A stretch of DNA of 64,000 nucleotides from Chthoniobacteraceae bacterium. Lineage in GTDB: Bacteria; Verrucomicrobiota; Verrucomicrobiia; Chthoniobacterales; Chthoniobacteraceae. Below are positions 19,816 through 28,836 of the stretch, one piece after another. Location of the stretch: positions 38,056 to 102,055 of the forward strand of contig JANNWY010000304.1 in assembly GCA_031409335.1 (NCBI GenBank). Direction: 5' to 3'. Made by a program: the position numbers and the translations under genes. The notes under the pieces were generated by a model. It saw nothing but the letters and a program-made list of their open reading frames with translations. It searched no databases and was not told the origin of the DNA. How positions within the stretch are numbered: position 1 is the stretch's first letter; each line of letters starts with the position of its first letter.

Positions 19816-20430
19816 GTGTTAGACAAACAAGCCCAAATCGGGTTTCCCCTCGAACTGCCTCCGGGCGAATTCGCAGCCTATATCTTCGACTGCGACGGGA
19901 CGCTGGCGGATACCATGCCGACGCACTACCGCGCGTGGCAGGAGGCGCTCGGGGAACACGCGGAGAATTTTTCGGAAGCGATGTTTTACGAACTCGGCGG
20001 CGTGCCGACCGCGCGCATCGTGGAGATTCTGAACGAGCGCCACGGCCTCGCGCTGCCGGTCGATGCGACAGTGGAGCACAAGGAGTCGATCTTTCTCAAA
20101 CTGAGCCCGGAGATCGCCGAGATCGAGCCGGTGGTGGCGATCGCGAAAGCGATCCATGGCAGGATACCGATGGCCGTGGCCTCGGGCGGGCACCGGCGCA
20201 TCGTCATCAATACGCTGCGCGCGCTGGGGATCGTGGACCTTTTCCAAGCGATCGTGTGCTCCGAAGACTACCAGCGTGGCAAACCCGCTCCCGATCCATT
20301 TCTCGAAGCCGCGCTACGACTCGGCGTGCCGCCGGGAAGGTGCCTCGTTTTCGAAGACACTGCGACGGGGATCGCCGCGGCGAAAGCGGCGGGAATGCAG
20401 TGGGTGCTCGTGCCGCCGCCGGTCCGGTGA
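19816..20430 (+). CDS. HAD-superfamily phosphatase (YqaB/beta-PGM-like)
   Basis: FDCDGTLADT, VASGG, GKPAPD, VFED; GTG start assumed. Confidence 0.9.
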   Translation: MLDKQAQIGFPLELPPGEFAAYIFDCDGTLADTMPTHYRAWQEALGEHAENFSEAMFYELGGVPTARIVEILNERHGLALPVDATVEHKESIFLKLSPEIAEIEPVVAIAKAIHGRIPMAVASGGHRRIVINTLRALGIVDLFQAIVCSEDYQRGKPAPDPFLEAALRLGVPPGRCLVFEDTATGIAAAKAAGMQWVLVPPPVR

Positions 20431-20435
20431 GGCGC

Positions 20436-20559
20436 GAATCCGAAACAGAATCCGAGTGATCTGAAACTCGGAAAGTGGATAACGCGCTCGCCAGCCGTTT
20501 TCCGATTTCCGATGTTTTGAATTTGTTTCGAATTTCGATATTCGGATTTCGGATTTTCC
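20436..20559. repeat. Imperfect palindrome built of degenerate heptamers (AATCCGA / TTTCGGA)
   Basis: AATCCGAAACAGAATCCGA...TCGGAAA versus TTTCCGATTTCCGA...TTTCGAATTTCGATATTCGGATTTCGGATTTT. Confidence 0.7.
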
Positions 20560-20562
20560 AAA

Positions 20563-22419
20563 ATGCCTCTCCTCGCCACTCTCAAGAACGCCTTTGGCTA
20601 CGACTCCTTCCGCCCGCTGCAGGAGGAGATCATTACCGATGCGCTCGCGGGCCGCGATGTCTTCGCGCTGCTGCCGACCGGCGGCGGAAAGTCGCTGTGC
20701 TTTCAGCTTCCAGCCTTGATCCGCGAGGGATTGACGCTCGTCGTTTCGCCGTTGATCGCGCTGATGAAAGATCAGGTCGATGCGCTGGAGACGGCGGGCA
20801 TTCCAGCGACTTTTCTGAATAGCACGCTCGGCGAGAAGGCGTCGAAAGAACGACTCAGCGGGCTTTACAACGGGAAGTATCGGCTGCTCTACGTCGCGCC
20901 CGAGCGGTTGATGGCGCCGACTTTTCTTGAAAGGTTGCGCGAGTGGAATGTGGCGCAGGTGGCGATCGACGAGGCGCACTGCATTTCGGAGTGGGGCCAC
21001 GATTTTCGCCCCGAGTACCGCCAGATCGCTGCACTGCGGCAGCACCTGCCGGGCGTGCCCTTCATGGCGCTCACCGCCACGGCGACGGATCGCGTGCGAG
21101 CGGATATCGTCGCGCAACTGCGCCTCGCGGATGCGCGGTGCTACGTCGCGAGTTTCAACCGGCCAAATCTCACGTACCGCGTCGTGCCGAAGGAAGGCGC
21201 ATATGCGCAGACGCTGCGCTTCATCCGCGCGCGGAAGGGCGAGTGCGGCATCGTCTATTGCTTCAGCCGGAAGGCCGCGGAGTCTGTGGCGGAGCGACTC
21301 GCGGAGGATGGTGTCGCGGCGCGGCCATATCACGCCGGGCTTTCCGACAAAGTGCGCGCGGAAAATCAGGAGATGTTTCTGCGCGATGAAGCGCGCGTGA
21401 TTTGCGCGACGATCGCGTTCGGGATGGGCATCAACAAACCGAACGTGCGCTTCGTCATTCACCACGATTTGCCAAAGAACATCGAAGGCTACTATCAGGA
21501 AACCGGACGCGCCGGACGCGACGGTTTGCCCGGCGAATGCCTGCTGCTGTTCGGGCTCGGCGATGTCGCGAAGCAGATCAGTTTCATCGACGAGAAAACC
21601 GATCCCGAAGAGCGGCGCGTGGCCCGCGCGCAGCTTCAGCGGATGGTCCACTACGCGGAATGCGCGGGCTGCCGCCGGGCCGATTTGCTTTCGTATTTCG
21701 GCGAGACTTTTCCCGAGCCAAACTGCGGCGCGTGCGACAACTGCCTGACGCCGCGCGACACCTTCGACGGCACGGTGGCCGCGCAGAAGCTGCTCTCGAA
21801 CGTGTGGCGCACGCGCGAGGCGTCGTACACAAGGAGCGCGACGTTTGGGCTGAATCATCACGTCGAAGTGCTGACGGGTGCAGAGAGCGAGCGCATCCGC
21901 AAATGGAAGCATGACCAACTCAGCACGTATGGCATCGGGAAGGAGCACACGCGCAGCGAGTGGCTGGCGTTTGGGCGCGAGCTGGTGCGGCTCGGAATGC
22001 TGCGGCAGGCGGACGGGGAATTTCCAACGATCGAGATGACCGAGGACGGCCGGCGTTTTCTCAAGGAGCGCGGCAAGATCACGCTCACGCGCCCGCCACC
22101 GCGCGCCATCGGCAAGCCGGACCGCGACGAAAGCGGGCGGCGTCGCAAACGCACGGGCGAAATCGCGTGCGACGAAATGCTCTTCGAGACGCTGCGCCAG
22201 CTCCGCCGCGAAATCGCCGACTCGCGCAACGTGCCCGCGTATGTGATTTTCGGCGACGTGACGCTGCGCGAAATGGCGCGCGATTATCCGACGAACGAGC
22301 GTGAGTTTTCCAATCTGAGCGGCGTCGGCGCGAAGAAACTCGATGAGTTCGGCGCGCAGTTCATGGATGCGATCGTGAAACACCTGCGCTCGAATCCGAA
22401 GCAGGCGTTTCTCGACTAG
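20563..22419 (+). CDS. recQ: ATP-dependent DNA helicase RecQ
   Basis: PTGGGKS, DEAHCISEWGHDFR, QETGRAGRDG, RQC zinc motif, HRDC domain. Confidence 0.97.
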   Translation: MPLLATLKNAFGYDSFRPLQEEIITDALAGRDVFALLPTGGGKSLCFQLPALIREGLTLVVSPLIALMKDQVDALETAGIPATFLNSTLGEKASKERLSGLYNGKYRLLYVAPERLMAPTFLERLREWNVAQVAIDEAHCISEWGHDFRPEYRQIAALRQHLPGVPFMALTATATDRVRADIVAQLRLADARCYVASFNRPNLTYRVVPKEGAYAQTLRFIRARKGECGIVYCFSRKAAESVAERLAEDGVAARPYHAGLSDKVRAENQEMFLRDEARVICATIAFGMGINKPNVRFVIHHDLPKNIEGYYQETGRAGRDGLPGECLLLFGLGDVAKQISFIDEKTDPEERRVARAQLQRMVHYAECAGCRRADLLSYFGETFPEPNCGACDNCLTPRDTFDGTVAAQKLLSNVWRTREASYTRSATFGLNHHVEVLTGAESERIRKWKHDQLSTYGIGKEHTRSEWLAFGRELVRLGMLRQADGEFPTIEMTEDGRRFLKERGKITLTRPPPRAIGKPDRDESGRRRKRTGEIACDEMLFETLRQLRREIADSRNVPAYVIFGDVTLREMARDYPTNEREFSNLSGVGAKKLDEFGAQFMDAIVKHLRSNPKQAFLD

Positions 22420-22439
22420 CGACCAGCATCCGAAAAATT

Positions 22440-22562
22440 AAGCCGAAGGCCCGGGACTGCGGTGATTCCTTCACCGCTTTTTCGTGGCACGGTGCCAAAC
22501 CGCAAGGCGACCCGTTTCCTCAAAGCGGTGAAGGAATCACCGCAGTCCAGAGCCTTCGGCTT
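22440..22562. repeat. REP/MITE-like long palindrome, family A copy 2
   Basis: AAGCCGAAGGC..GGACTGCGGTGATTCCTTCACCGCTTT ... AAAGCGGTGAAGGAATCACCGCAGTCC..AGCCTTCGGCTT, between convergent genes. Confidence 0.85.
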
Positions 22563-23255
22563 TTAGCTGCGTGATATGGCTTCCAGTTTGTCCAGTAACG
22601 CGAACAGCGCTGCCTTCGCCACCGGCAAATCAGCAGGCGTCGCCATCAATTGCTCGCGCGATTGCACCCAGCGTCCCGGCGCGACCGCGGCGCTGCCCAC
22701 TGCCTTCAGATCGGACTCACTCAGCGCCTGCATTTCGATGTGAAATTGCAGCGCGACGACACGATCGCCGAAGACGAACGCCTGATTCGCGCACGCCTCG
22801 CTCCGCGCAACATGCCGCGCGCCGTTTGGCAGCGTGAACGTGTCGCCGTGCCAGTGCATCGCGGTGAGCGTCTCCGGGAAATCCACGAACGGCTCCGCGC
22901 GATCGAGCATCCGAATCGGGAACCAGCCGATCTCTTTTTCCGAATGCTGAAACACTTTCCCGCCGAGCGCATCCGCCAGCAATTGCGCGCCAAGGCAAAT
23001 CCCGAGCACCGGCTTCCCCGCCGCGATCGCGTCGGCAATGAACGCCTTCTCCGCCACGAGCCACGGATGATCGCGGTGCTGATGAATATTCATCGGCCCG
23101 CCCATGATGACGAGCAGATCGACCTCGCCGAGCGGCGGCAGCGCGCCGCCGCGATCGAGCAGCGCGCTCATCAGCCGATGCCCGCGCGCCGCCGCCCAAT
23201 CCGCAACGAGGCCGGGATTTTCCAACGGATCGTGTTCGAGCACGTGAATGCGCAT
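22563..23255 (-). CDS. Class I glutamine amidotransferase (GMP-synthase-like)
   Basis: MGGPM, LGICLGAQLLA, HWHGD, LQFHIE catalytic triad. Confidence 0.9.
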   Translation of the reverse strand: MRIHVLEHDPLENPGLVADWAAARGHRLMSALLDRGGALPPLGEVDLLVIMGGPMNIHQHRDHPWLVAEKAFIADAIAAGKPVLGICLGAQLLADALGGKVFQHSEKEIGWFPIRMLDRAEPFVDFPETLTAMHWHGDTFTLPNGARHVARSEACANQAFVFGDRVVALQFHIEMQALSESDLKAVGSAAVAPGRWVQSREQLMATPADLPVAKAALFALLDKLEAISRS

Positions 23256-23270
23256 GAGCGGAGTATGAAA

Positions 23271-23339
23271 GGAAATGACCAATGACCAATGACGCAATGA
23301 CCAATTGTCGCGCAAATCGCTGGGTCATTGGTCATTTCC
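23271..23339. repeat. AATGACC heptamer palindrome
   Basis: Perfect 17-bp arms GGAAATGACCAATGACC / GGTCATTGGTCATTTCC with extra internal AATGAC units. Confidence 0.8.
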
Positions 23340-23355
23340 CCGTTAGCTTCCGGCT

Positions 23356-24111
23356 GTGATTCGTTTCCTGCTGCCATTCCTCATCCCCGTCATCACGCTC
23401 GCTGCCGAGCCTCCCATTCCCGCCGAAGACCGCGCGCAAATGCTCGCGGGTTTTACTGCGCAAATCACGAAACTCGACGACGCGATCAAAGCCGCGCCGG
23501 AGTCCGTGCGGCTGTATTCGCAGCGCGGCGACGCCCATCTTTTCCTCGGCCACTTCGCGGAGGCCGTCGTGGATTTCGAGAAAATGATCGCGCTCGATTC
23601 GACGGAGGATGCGCCGCATTGGCGGCTCGGTATTGCCTATTATTTCACCGATGCATTTGCGAAATCGGCAAAGCAGTTTGTGAAATATCACGACCACGAC
23701 GGCGGTGATCGCGAAAACGGGATTTGGAAATTTCTCGGCGATGCAAAAGTGCTCGGCCTCGAACCTGCGCGGAAAACCATGCTCGAATACACCCGCTTCG
23801 ACCGCGAGCCGTTTCCCGCGCTTTACGCGATGTTCGCGAGCGGAAAGACGGCTGCTCTTTTCGCCGAGCTGAAAACGAAGGAACTGACGGCGAACGGGTC
23901 GGTGATGTTTTTCGCGAACTACTACGCAGGCCTGAACGAGGAAATCCTCGGCCATTGTGAAAAGGCGCTGGAGCTATTGCGCGAAGCCGTTGCAGGCGGC
24001 TGGAAGGATCGCCGCGGCGGTGAGCCGAGTTACATGTGGCAGGTGGCGCGTCTGCATTTCGATCAACTCAGCGCGCAAAAACCCAAAAACCTCCGTAGCG
24101 AGTGCGAATAA
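23356..24111 (+). CDS. Secreted TPR protein (NlpI-like)
   Basis: Signal peptide; YSQRGDAHLFLGHFAEAVVDFEK, HWRLGIAYY, ENGIW, FFANYYAGL. Confidence 0.75.
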   Translation: MIRFLLPFLIPVITLAAEPPIPAEDRAQMLAGFTAQITKLDDAIKAAPESVRLYSQRGDAHLFLGHFAEAVVDFEKMIALDSTEDAPHWRLGIAYYFTDAFAKSAKQFVKYHDHDGGDRENGIWKFLGDAKVLGLEPARKTMLEYTRFDREPFPALYAMFASGKTAALFAELKTKELTANGSVMFFANYYAGLNEEILGHCEKALELLREAVAGGWKDRRGGEPSYMWQVARLHFDQLSAQKPKNLRSECE

Positions 24112-24634
24112 GTAAGGTGCAGGCGCAGCTCCAACAACGGCCAAAGGCTTCTGCCCGCAGAGCCCGCCCTCAACGGGTCTTTCCCGGGGTAATCAAAATG
24201 CGCCACGCGAGTTAAACTCGCCGGCTGGCCGTGGGTCGAAGGGATGGTGCGGCGAAGCGAACCGCGGATCTAAAACTGCAATCGAGCGGGAGTTGGCGGG
24301 GCATTTCGGTCGGAGCAAACGACTGAAGTGCAAGTAGCGTCAGTGCCAATCCGCGCCTGTAGCCGGAAACTGGAGTCGATCTGAACGCGGCAATAGTCGG
24401 GAATATTTTGCCAGCCAAGGGCGTTGCTCCGGGCTGGCCTGTCTCAGCCCGTCGGGTTGCCTGAAGTGGCAAGTCTGCAAACACGCCCCGACCTCGGGCG
24501 CGGAAATCACGGATTGATAGGAGGCGCCGCGCGCTTGAGTCGATTCACGCGCGGGGCCGGGGCGATGCTTCGCGAAAGCATTTGGTACCGTGGCGGGGCG
24601 CGCTTATCGTCCGCAAAATTTGCCGTTTCCGACA

Positions 24635-26224
24635 ATGCGACCACACACGCTTGATCCTGATTTTTCCACGACGCCGACCGAGAAACCGACGGGTTCGGAT
24701 CGGTGGATGCTGCCGCTTTACTGGCTGGCCGGGGCGCGTTGGGAATCGCTGCGCGAATGCCATGCGACGGAGCGCGAACGGGTGGCGGTGCTGGGTTCGA
24801 CGGTGTTGATCCCGACGATGATGGCATTTCTCGGAATGCTCTTTTATGCGAAGAGCCGGTTTGCCGATCCGCCGTGGTTGCAGTGCGTGGGGATCGCGCT
24901 GGCGTGGGCGTTTGTCATCTTGAATACGGATCGTATTTTGCTGGCGACTTACCGGCCATTTCAGGCGTGGCACCGGCGGTTCATGCAGGTGGTTTTCCGA
25001 TTCATCCTGGCGGGGGTGGTGAGTGTGGCGATCGCGTTTCCGTTTTGTCTGGATCAATTCCGACCGGCGATTCAGCACCGTTATCAGACGGAGTATCAGC
25101 AACTGATGGGGACGCTGCGGGAGGAGGAAAACCGCGTGCGAAAGGAGTCGGAGACGGAGTATCGGGCGCAGCGCGATGGGCTGGCGGCGCAGCTCCCGGC
25201 GTTGCAGGATGCGATCACAAATCCGCAAGTCTATGCGGATGCAAAAGTGGAGGAGGAAAAGAAGAAAGCGTCGGAGCCGGAGTTTGTGGCGCCTGCGAGT
25301 GGGGCGACACGGACGATGATTTCGCAGATCGAGGCGGCGAAAGAGACGCTGGCTGCCACGGAGGCTTCGCTTTCAGAAAGGCACGATCTTCACCGCCGAC
25401 TCGTGGAGGCGACGGCGCGGGAAGCGCTCGGGCAGCCGAATGAGTTTTATCCCGAAGCGAAGAAGGCTGGAGACGGGCCGCGCTTAAAAGATCTGCAGGT
25501 GCGGGACGGAGCGACGATGAAGGAAATCCGCAGCTTGCAGGCGGCGGCCGCGGCTCAGATGGATGGGTTGCGGACGTTCGACAAAACAATGGCGGCGCAG
25601 CGTCTCGTGGATCGCAATAGCTATCTGGATGGGATCGCGGCACGGCGCGATGCCTATGTCGATGAAGCGAAGGAAAAGGAGCGTATCCGCAGCGAGAGGC
25701 TGGATCGGCTGAACGGCGACATCGCCCGCCTTGATGAGGATCGGGTGAATGCGCGGAAGCTGCATGAGGCGCGCTACCTCCCACGCATCGCGCTTTACGA
25801 GCGAAAGATGACCGGCGTGCTCGATCCGATGGAGGAAACGATCGGGCTGTATAAAGTGATTTTTCTGATCGCGCCGGATGCCGACCCGGTCGAGCAGCGC
25901 GAATACGGATTCCGCTGGATCGCGGGGCTGTTCCCGTTCCTCGTAATCTTCGGAACGCTCTTCACGCTCGATCTGGTGCCGATCCTTGCGAAGATTTTTT
26001 CGCGGCCCGGGCCCTACGATGTGCTTGTGGAGGAGATGGAGTTCATCGCGCTGGAAAACTTGAAGTCGTTCCGGCGCGACTATGCCAGGCACGCGACCTC
26101 GTGGCTTTCGGGAAATGGTGAACGCCCGCGGGAAAAGCCGGCGTATGATCATTCCAGCCTGCTGGTGCGCAGGCGGGTCGAGCGGCCTGTGGAGTCGCCG
26201 GTCCGGGAGAGCGCTGGCGCCTAG
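24635..26224 (+). CDS. DUF4407-like protein (TM - long coiled coil - TM)
   Basis: WLAGA, ILNTDR, RFILAGVVS..IAFP, EALG...GDGPR, DLVPILAK...GPYD. Confidence 0.75.
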   Translation: MRPHTLDPDFSTTPTEKPTGSDRWMLPLYWLAGARWESLRECHATERERVAVLGSTVLIPTMMAFLGMLFYAKSRFADPPWLQCVGIALAWAFVILNTDRILLATYRPFQAWHRRFMQVVFRFILAGVVSVAIAFPFCLDQFRPAIQHRYQTEYQQLMGTLREEENRVRKESETEYRAQRDGLAAQLPALQDAITNPQVYADAKVEEEKKKASEPEFVAPASGATRTMISQIEAAKETLAATEASLSERHDLHRRLVEATAREALGQPNEFYPEAKKAGDGPRLKDLQVRDGATMKEIRSLQAAAAAQMDGLRTFDKTMAAQRLVDRNSYLDGIAARRDAYVDEAKEKERIRSERLDRLNGDIARLDEDRVNARKLHEARYLPRIALYERKMTGVLDPMEETIGLYKVIFLIAPDADPVEQREYGFRWIAGLFPFLVIFGTLFTLDLVPILAKIFSRPGPYDVLVEEMEFIALENLKSFRRDYARHATSWLSGNGERPREKPAYDHSSLLVRRRVERPVESPVRESAGA

Positions 26225-26910
26225 TTTTGTGATGGCGGGTCGGCAGCGGCTCCGCCCTTCGCCGGATCGCGATAGTCCGGCGGCGCTTCAAAGCGCGCAG
26301 GGTCGATATCCTCTTCCTTCACTGACAGGACGGTGGCGGTGTATTTCTTCCCGTTCGTCGCCACTTCGGTTTTCACCACGATACCTGGCAGCGTCGCGAT
26401 GTCCGGAATGATGCCTTTCGGAAGGTCCGCGCTGGCCGATTTCCACAGACGGTCGAATTGTTCCTTAACGCGTGGGTAGTCAGGCAGGTCCTGCGTCACC
26501 CAAATCGTCTGCAAGCCATTGCCACCTTTCCATGTGAAGACATCCGCAGTGAACTCCCCGACCTTTTCCTTTCTTCCGACCGCCACGGTCTTGCTGGCAT
26601 CCCCGGCAATGGTCCTGCCACCCTTGTTTCTTAAAACTTCGATAGTTACTTTTGTCATGGCTCCGCTCCGTTTCAGGACCCACTTTTGCCCATGCATCAG
26701 CGTCAGCGAATCGCCATTATCCATGTCCACGATAGCGCTGAGCAGTCCCGCCCGACTCGGGACATCCACGCGTAATTTGCTGCCTTTCAGTTGGAGGGTT
26801 GCGACGGTTCCTTTCTCATTTTCACTCTCGAACTTTTGCAGCACCACGAGGTCGGCGCGGGCGATTGTCAGTGCGGCAAAAAAAGTGACAACTGCGAAGC
26901 GAGATTCCAT
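26221..26910 (-). CDS. DUF4412-like secreted protein
   Basis: ARADLV..KGSKLRVD...GRKEKVGEF...LPGIVVKTE...FEAPPDY. Confidence 0.7.
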   Translation of the reverse strand: MESRFAVVTFFAALTIARADLVVLQKFESENEKGTVATLQLKGSKLRVDVPSRAGLLSAIVDMDNGDSLTLMHGQKWVLKRSGAMTKVTIEVLRNKGGRTIAGDASKTVAVGRKEKVGEFTADVFTWKGGNGLQTIWVTQDLPDYPRVKEQFDRLWKSASADLPKGIIPDIATLPGIVVKTEVATNGKKYTATVLSVKEEDIDPARFEAPPDYRDPAKGGAAADPPSQN

Positions 26911-26918
26911 CAGGACGA

Positions 26919-27623
26919 TCAGTTTCGAGATGGAGATGGCGGTGGCGCGACAGGTTTGTAGCCAGCAGGAATTTCAAACACGGAATCCTCCAGCGGACCC
27001 TGTGTGGCAGCTGTGAGTGTAATCGTCATTTTCTGTCCGCCCCGCTGCTTTTCCCGTTTCACCACCATTCCCGGAAGCGTCGTGAGGTCGAGCGTGCCCG
27101 CGCGATTGATGCCGCCCGTCGAAGCCTTGCTCACCCGCCGTAAGTCTTCGGTGATGGCATGGAAATATGGGAAGGATTTCGCGACCCAGAGTGTTTCTTT
27201 CGATTCCGCATCGGACAGGGCGTAAATCTCGGTGTCATAGGCTCCCACGCGCTCCATCACGCCCGTGGCAGCAGGCTTGGGATGATCGGCTTTCAGGGCT
27301 GCGGCGGGAGGTTCCGGGGATCGTTTCAAATTCTCGCCGACGCGATGAATGGAGACTTTCCGCTGGTGAAAAAGCGTGATCGTCTCGCCTGTCTTCACAT
27401 CCATGATGGTGCTGACGGGACCGGTCGGTCCGCCTGGGAGATCGAGGCGAAACCGATCGCCTTTGACGCGCATCACGATTTGCCCACTTTGCGGACCTCC
27501 CTCGACGCTTTGCTCCAGCGTCAAGTCCGCTTGAGCCAAAGCAGGGAAGAGTGCCGGATAAACAGCGGCAGCAAAAATGATGCGAATCACGCCAGCCATC
27601 CGGGCGTCAATCTCCGCTCGCAC
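26919..27623 (-). CDS. DUF4412-like secreted protein (paralog of the neighbour)
   Basis: AQADLT..KGDRFRLD...TGVMERVGAY...LPGMVVKRE...FEIPAGY; true start may be a few codons downstream. Confidence 0.7.
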   Translation of the reverse strand: MRAEIDARMAGVIRIIFAAAVYPALFPALAQADLTLEQSVEGGPQSGQIVMRVKGDRFRLDLPGGPTGPVSTIMDVKTGETITLFHQRKVSIHRVGENLKRSPEPPAAALKADHPKPAATGVMERVGAYDTEIYALSDAESKETLWVAKSFPYFHAITEDLRRVSKASTGGINRAGTLDLTTLPGMVVKREKQRGGQKMTITLTAATQGPLEDSVFEIPAGYKPVAPPPSPSRN

Positions 27624-27644
27624 GAAAGCGAACCGCGGTGAGAA

Positions 27645-28133
27645 TCAAGCCCTGCGGCGGCGCAGAAAAACGACGGACGCCATCGCGAGGAGCGCAATCG
27701 AAGAAGGTTCTGGAACCGCCGCGAACGAACTTGCCGAACCCACCTTCTCGGAAGCCGCAGGTGCTGATGCCGAGTCCGAATTCGCACTGGTAACCGAGGT
27801 GGTTAGCGCGATCGCTGGATCATCAAGGCCAGCATACTGATACTGCGCGACTGGCATCGCCTGCGCGACTGGAGCAATTGTGTCAAGACCAGTGAGCGTC
27901 AAAAATCTTCCGCCATCTTGAATCGCGAGGGTCACACTCGCAGCCGACAGGTCAATGTGCGTCGCGGTCAACAAACGGTTCATGTCGTGTTGTCCAACCG
28001 CTTTTCCGGTGGAGGCGACCTTGGCATTGATTGATGAGCCGTTAATCTGAGCCACTGCGGCAGCAAATGCTGACGAGGAAACAGAAACGAATGAGGTTGC
28101 GGTGATGAACGTAAGGAGGATTCGGCGCGTCAT
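27645..28133 (-). CDS. Small PEP-CTERM protein
   Basis: Signal peptide MTRRILLTFI..SAFA; C-terminal VPEPSSIALLAMASVVFLRRRRA. Confidence 0.85.
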   Translation of the reverse strand: MTRRILLTFITATSFVSVSSSAFAAAVAQINGSSINAKVASTGKAVGQHDMNRLLTATHIDLSAASVTLAIQDGGRFLTLTGLDTIAPVAQAMPVAQYQYAGLDDPAIALTTSVTSANSDSASAPAASEKVGSASSFAAVPEPSSIALLAMASVVFLRRRRA

Positions 28134-28233
28134 GGCAACGATGAAAGGGTTTCTGTGCCAATCTGGCAAGCAAATTTTCCAAAAAAAATGCAAATACTTC
28201 CTACAAGCAGTGACGGCCAAAAGCACCGAGGTG

Positions 28234-28252
28234 TGTAGGACAGATGCTTACA
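28234..28252. promoter_or_regulatory. Candidate regulator-binding near-palindrome, copy 2
   Basis: TGTAGG-ACAGATG-CTTACA about 100 bp upstream of the PEP-CTERM gene; extra CCTACA half-site at 28200-28205. Confidence 0.55.
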
Positions 28253-28321
28253 CGCTTGTTTGCCGAAGTTTGCGACGCAAAAAGGCGATTTCCTGATTGA
28301 AACGCCCAAGTCGAACCGGGG

Positions 28322-28394
28322 TGGGGCCGGCGGGATTCGAACCCGCAACCAAGCGATTATGAGTCGCCTGCTCTGACCATTGAGCTACAGCCCC
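28322..28394 (-). tRNA. tRNA-Ile2 (CAT anticodon, lysidine type); CCA not encoded
   Basis: GGGGCTGTAGCTCAATGGTCAGAGCAGGCGACTCATAATCGCTTGGTTGCGGGTTCGAATCCCGCCGGCCCCA; anticodon arm GGCGA-CTCATAA-TCGCT matches Ile2 rather than Met. Confidence 0.88.
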
Positions 28395-28464
28395 GATAAG
28401 TTCATTTCGAGTGACTTACAGTGAATCGACTTTCGCAAACTTGCTTTTGAGGACGGGTTTCGTC

Positions 28465-28710
28465 GTGAAAAACATTGAAACGCAGAGCAACACGGAAACG
28501 TTTAATGTGTCTCGACGTCAGGCTGCGAGGTTCGTTCGGGCGCGGGATTCACGCAATCGCAAAGTGCCCGCCTTGTAGATTTGCGACGGCAAATTCTGCG
28601 CGGCTCGTTGGGTTGACGGGGGTGCGGGGAAGAAGACTGCGCGGCGAGCGCCTCAAAACCTACCTCGTCAGTCCCGCGCGCCAGCGTCGCCGCGAGGCCA
28701 TGCAAAACAG
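28465..28710 (+). pseudogene. Probable decayed tyrosine-integrase remnant beside the tRNA
   Basis: GTG-started frame ...FVRARDSRNRKVPAL*ICDGKFCAARWVDGGAGKKTARR (TAG at 28576); from memory it resembles N-termini of verrucomicrobial integrases; not verified by search. Confidence 0.4.
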
Positions 28711-28836
28711 CGATCGCGAATCACTCGCTCGGTGGATCGCGGAAATCGGCAAAATCGCGGTCCCCAAAATCACGCCCGCCCGCACCTCACAAGATTAAAC
28801 GGAAGAGGAAGAGCGGAGGGCTGTGAAAACTGCGGG

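Noticed and set aside
20436..23339. Possible CRISPR arrays in the short repeats
   Set aside because: Units are 6-7 bp with no unique spacers; no cas genes in the window
24112..24634. Structured ncRNA (RNase P, SRP, tmRNA, 6S) in a 520-bp intergenic gap
   Set aside because: No diagnostic conserved motifs; only small hairpins and a degenerate REP-like CCAAGGGCGTTGCTCCGGGCTGG
28141..28170. Sigma54 promoter (TGGCAC) upstream of the PEP-CTERM gene
   Set aside because: No TTGC -12 element at the required spacing
28322..28394. tRNA-Met assignment
   Set aside because: Lacks initiator features; anticodon arm matches Ile2-type tRNA, though CAT isotype calls by eye are not certain
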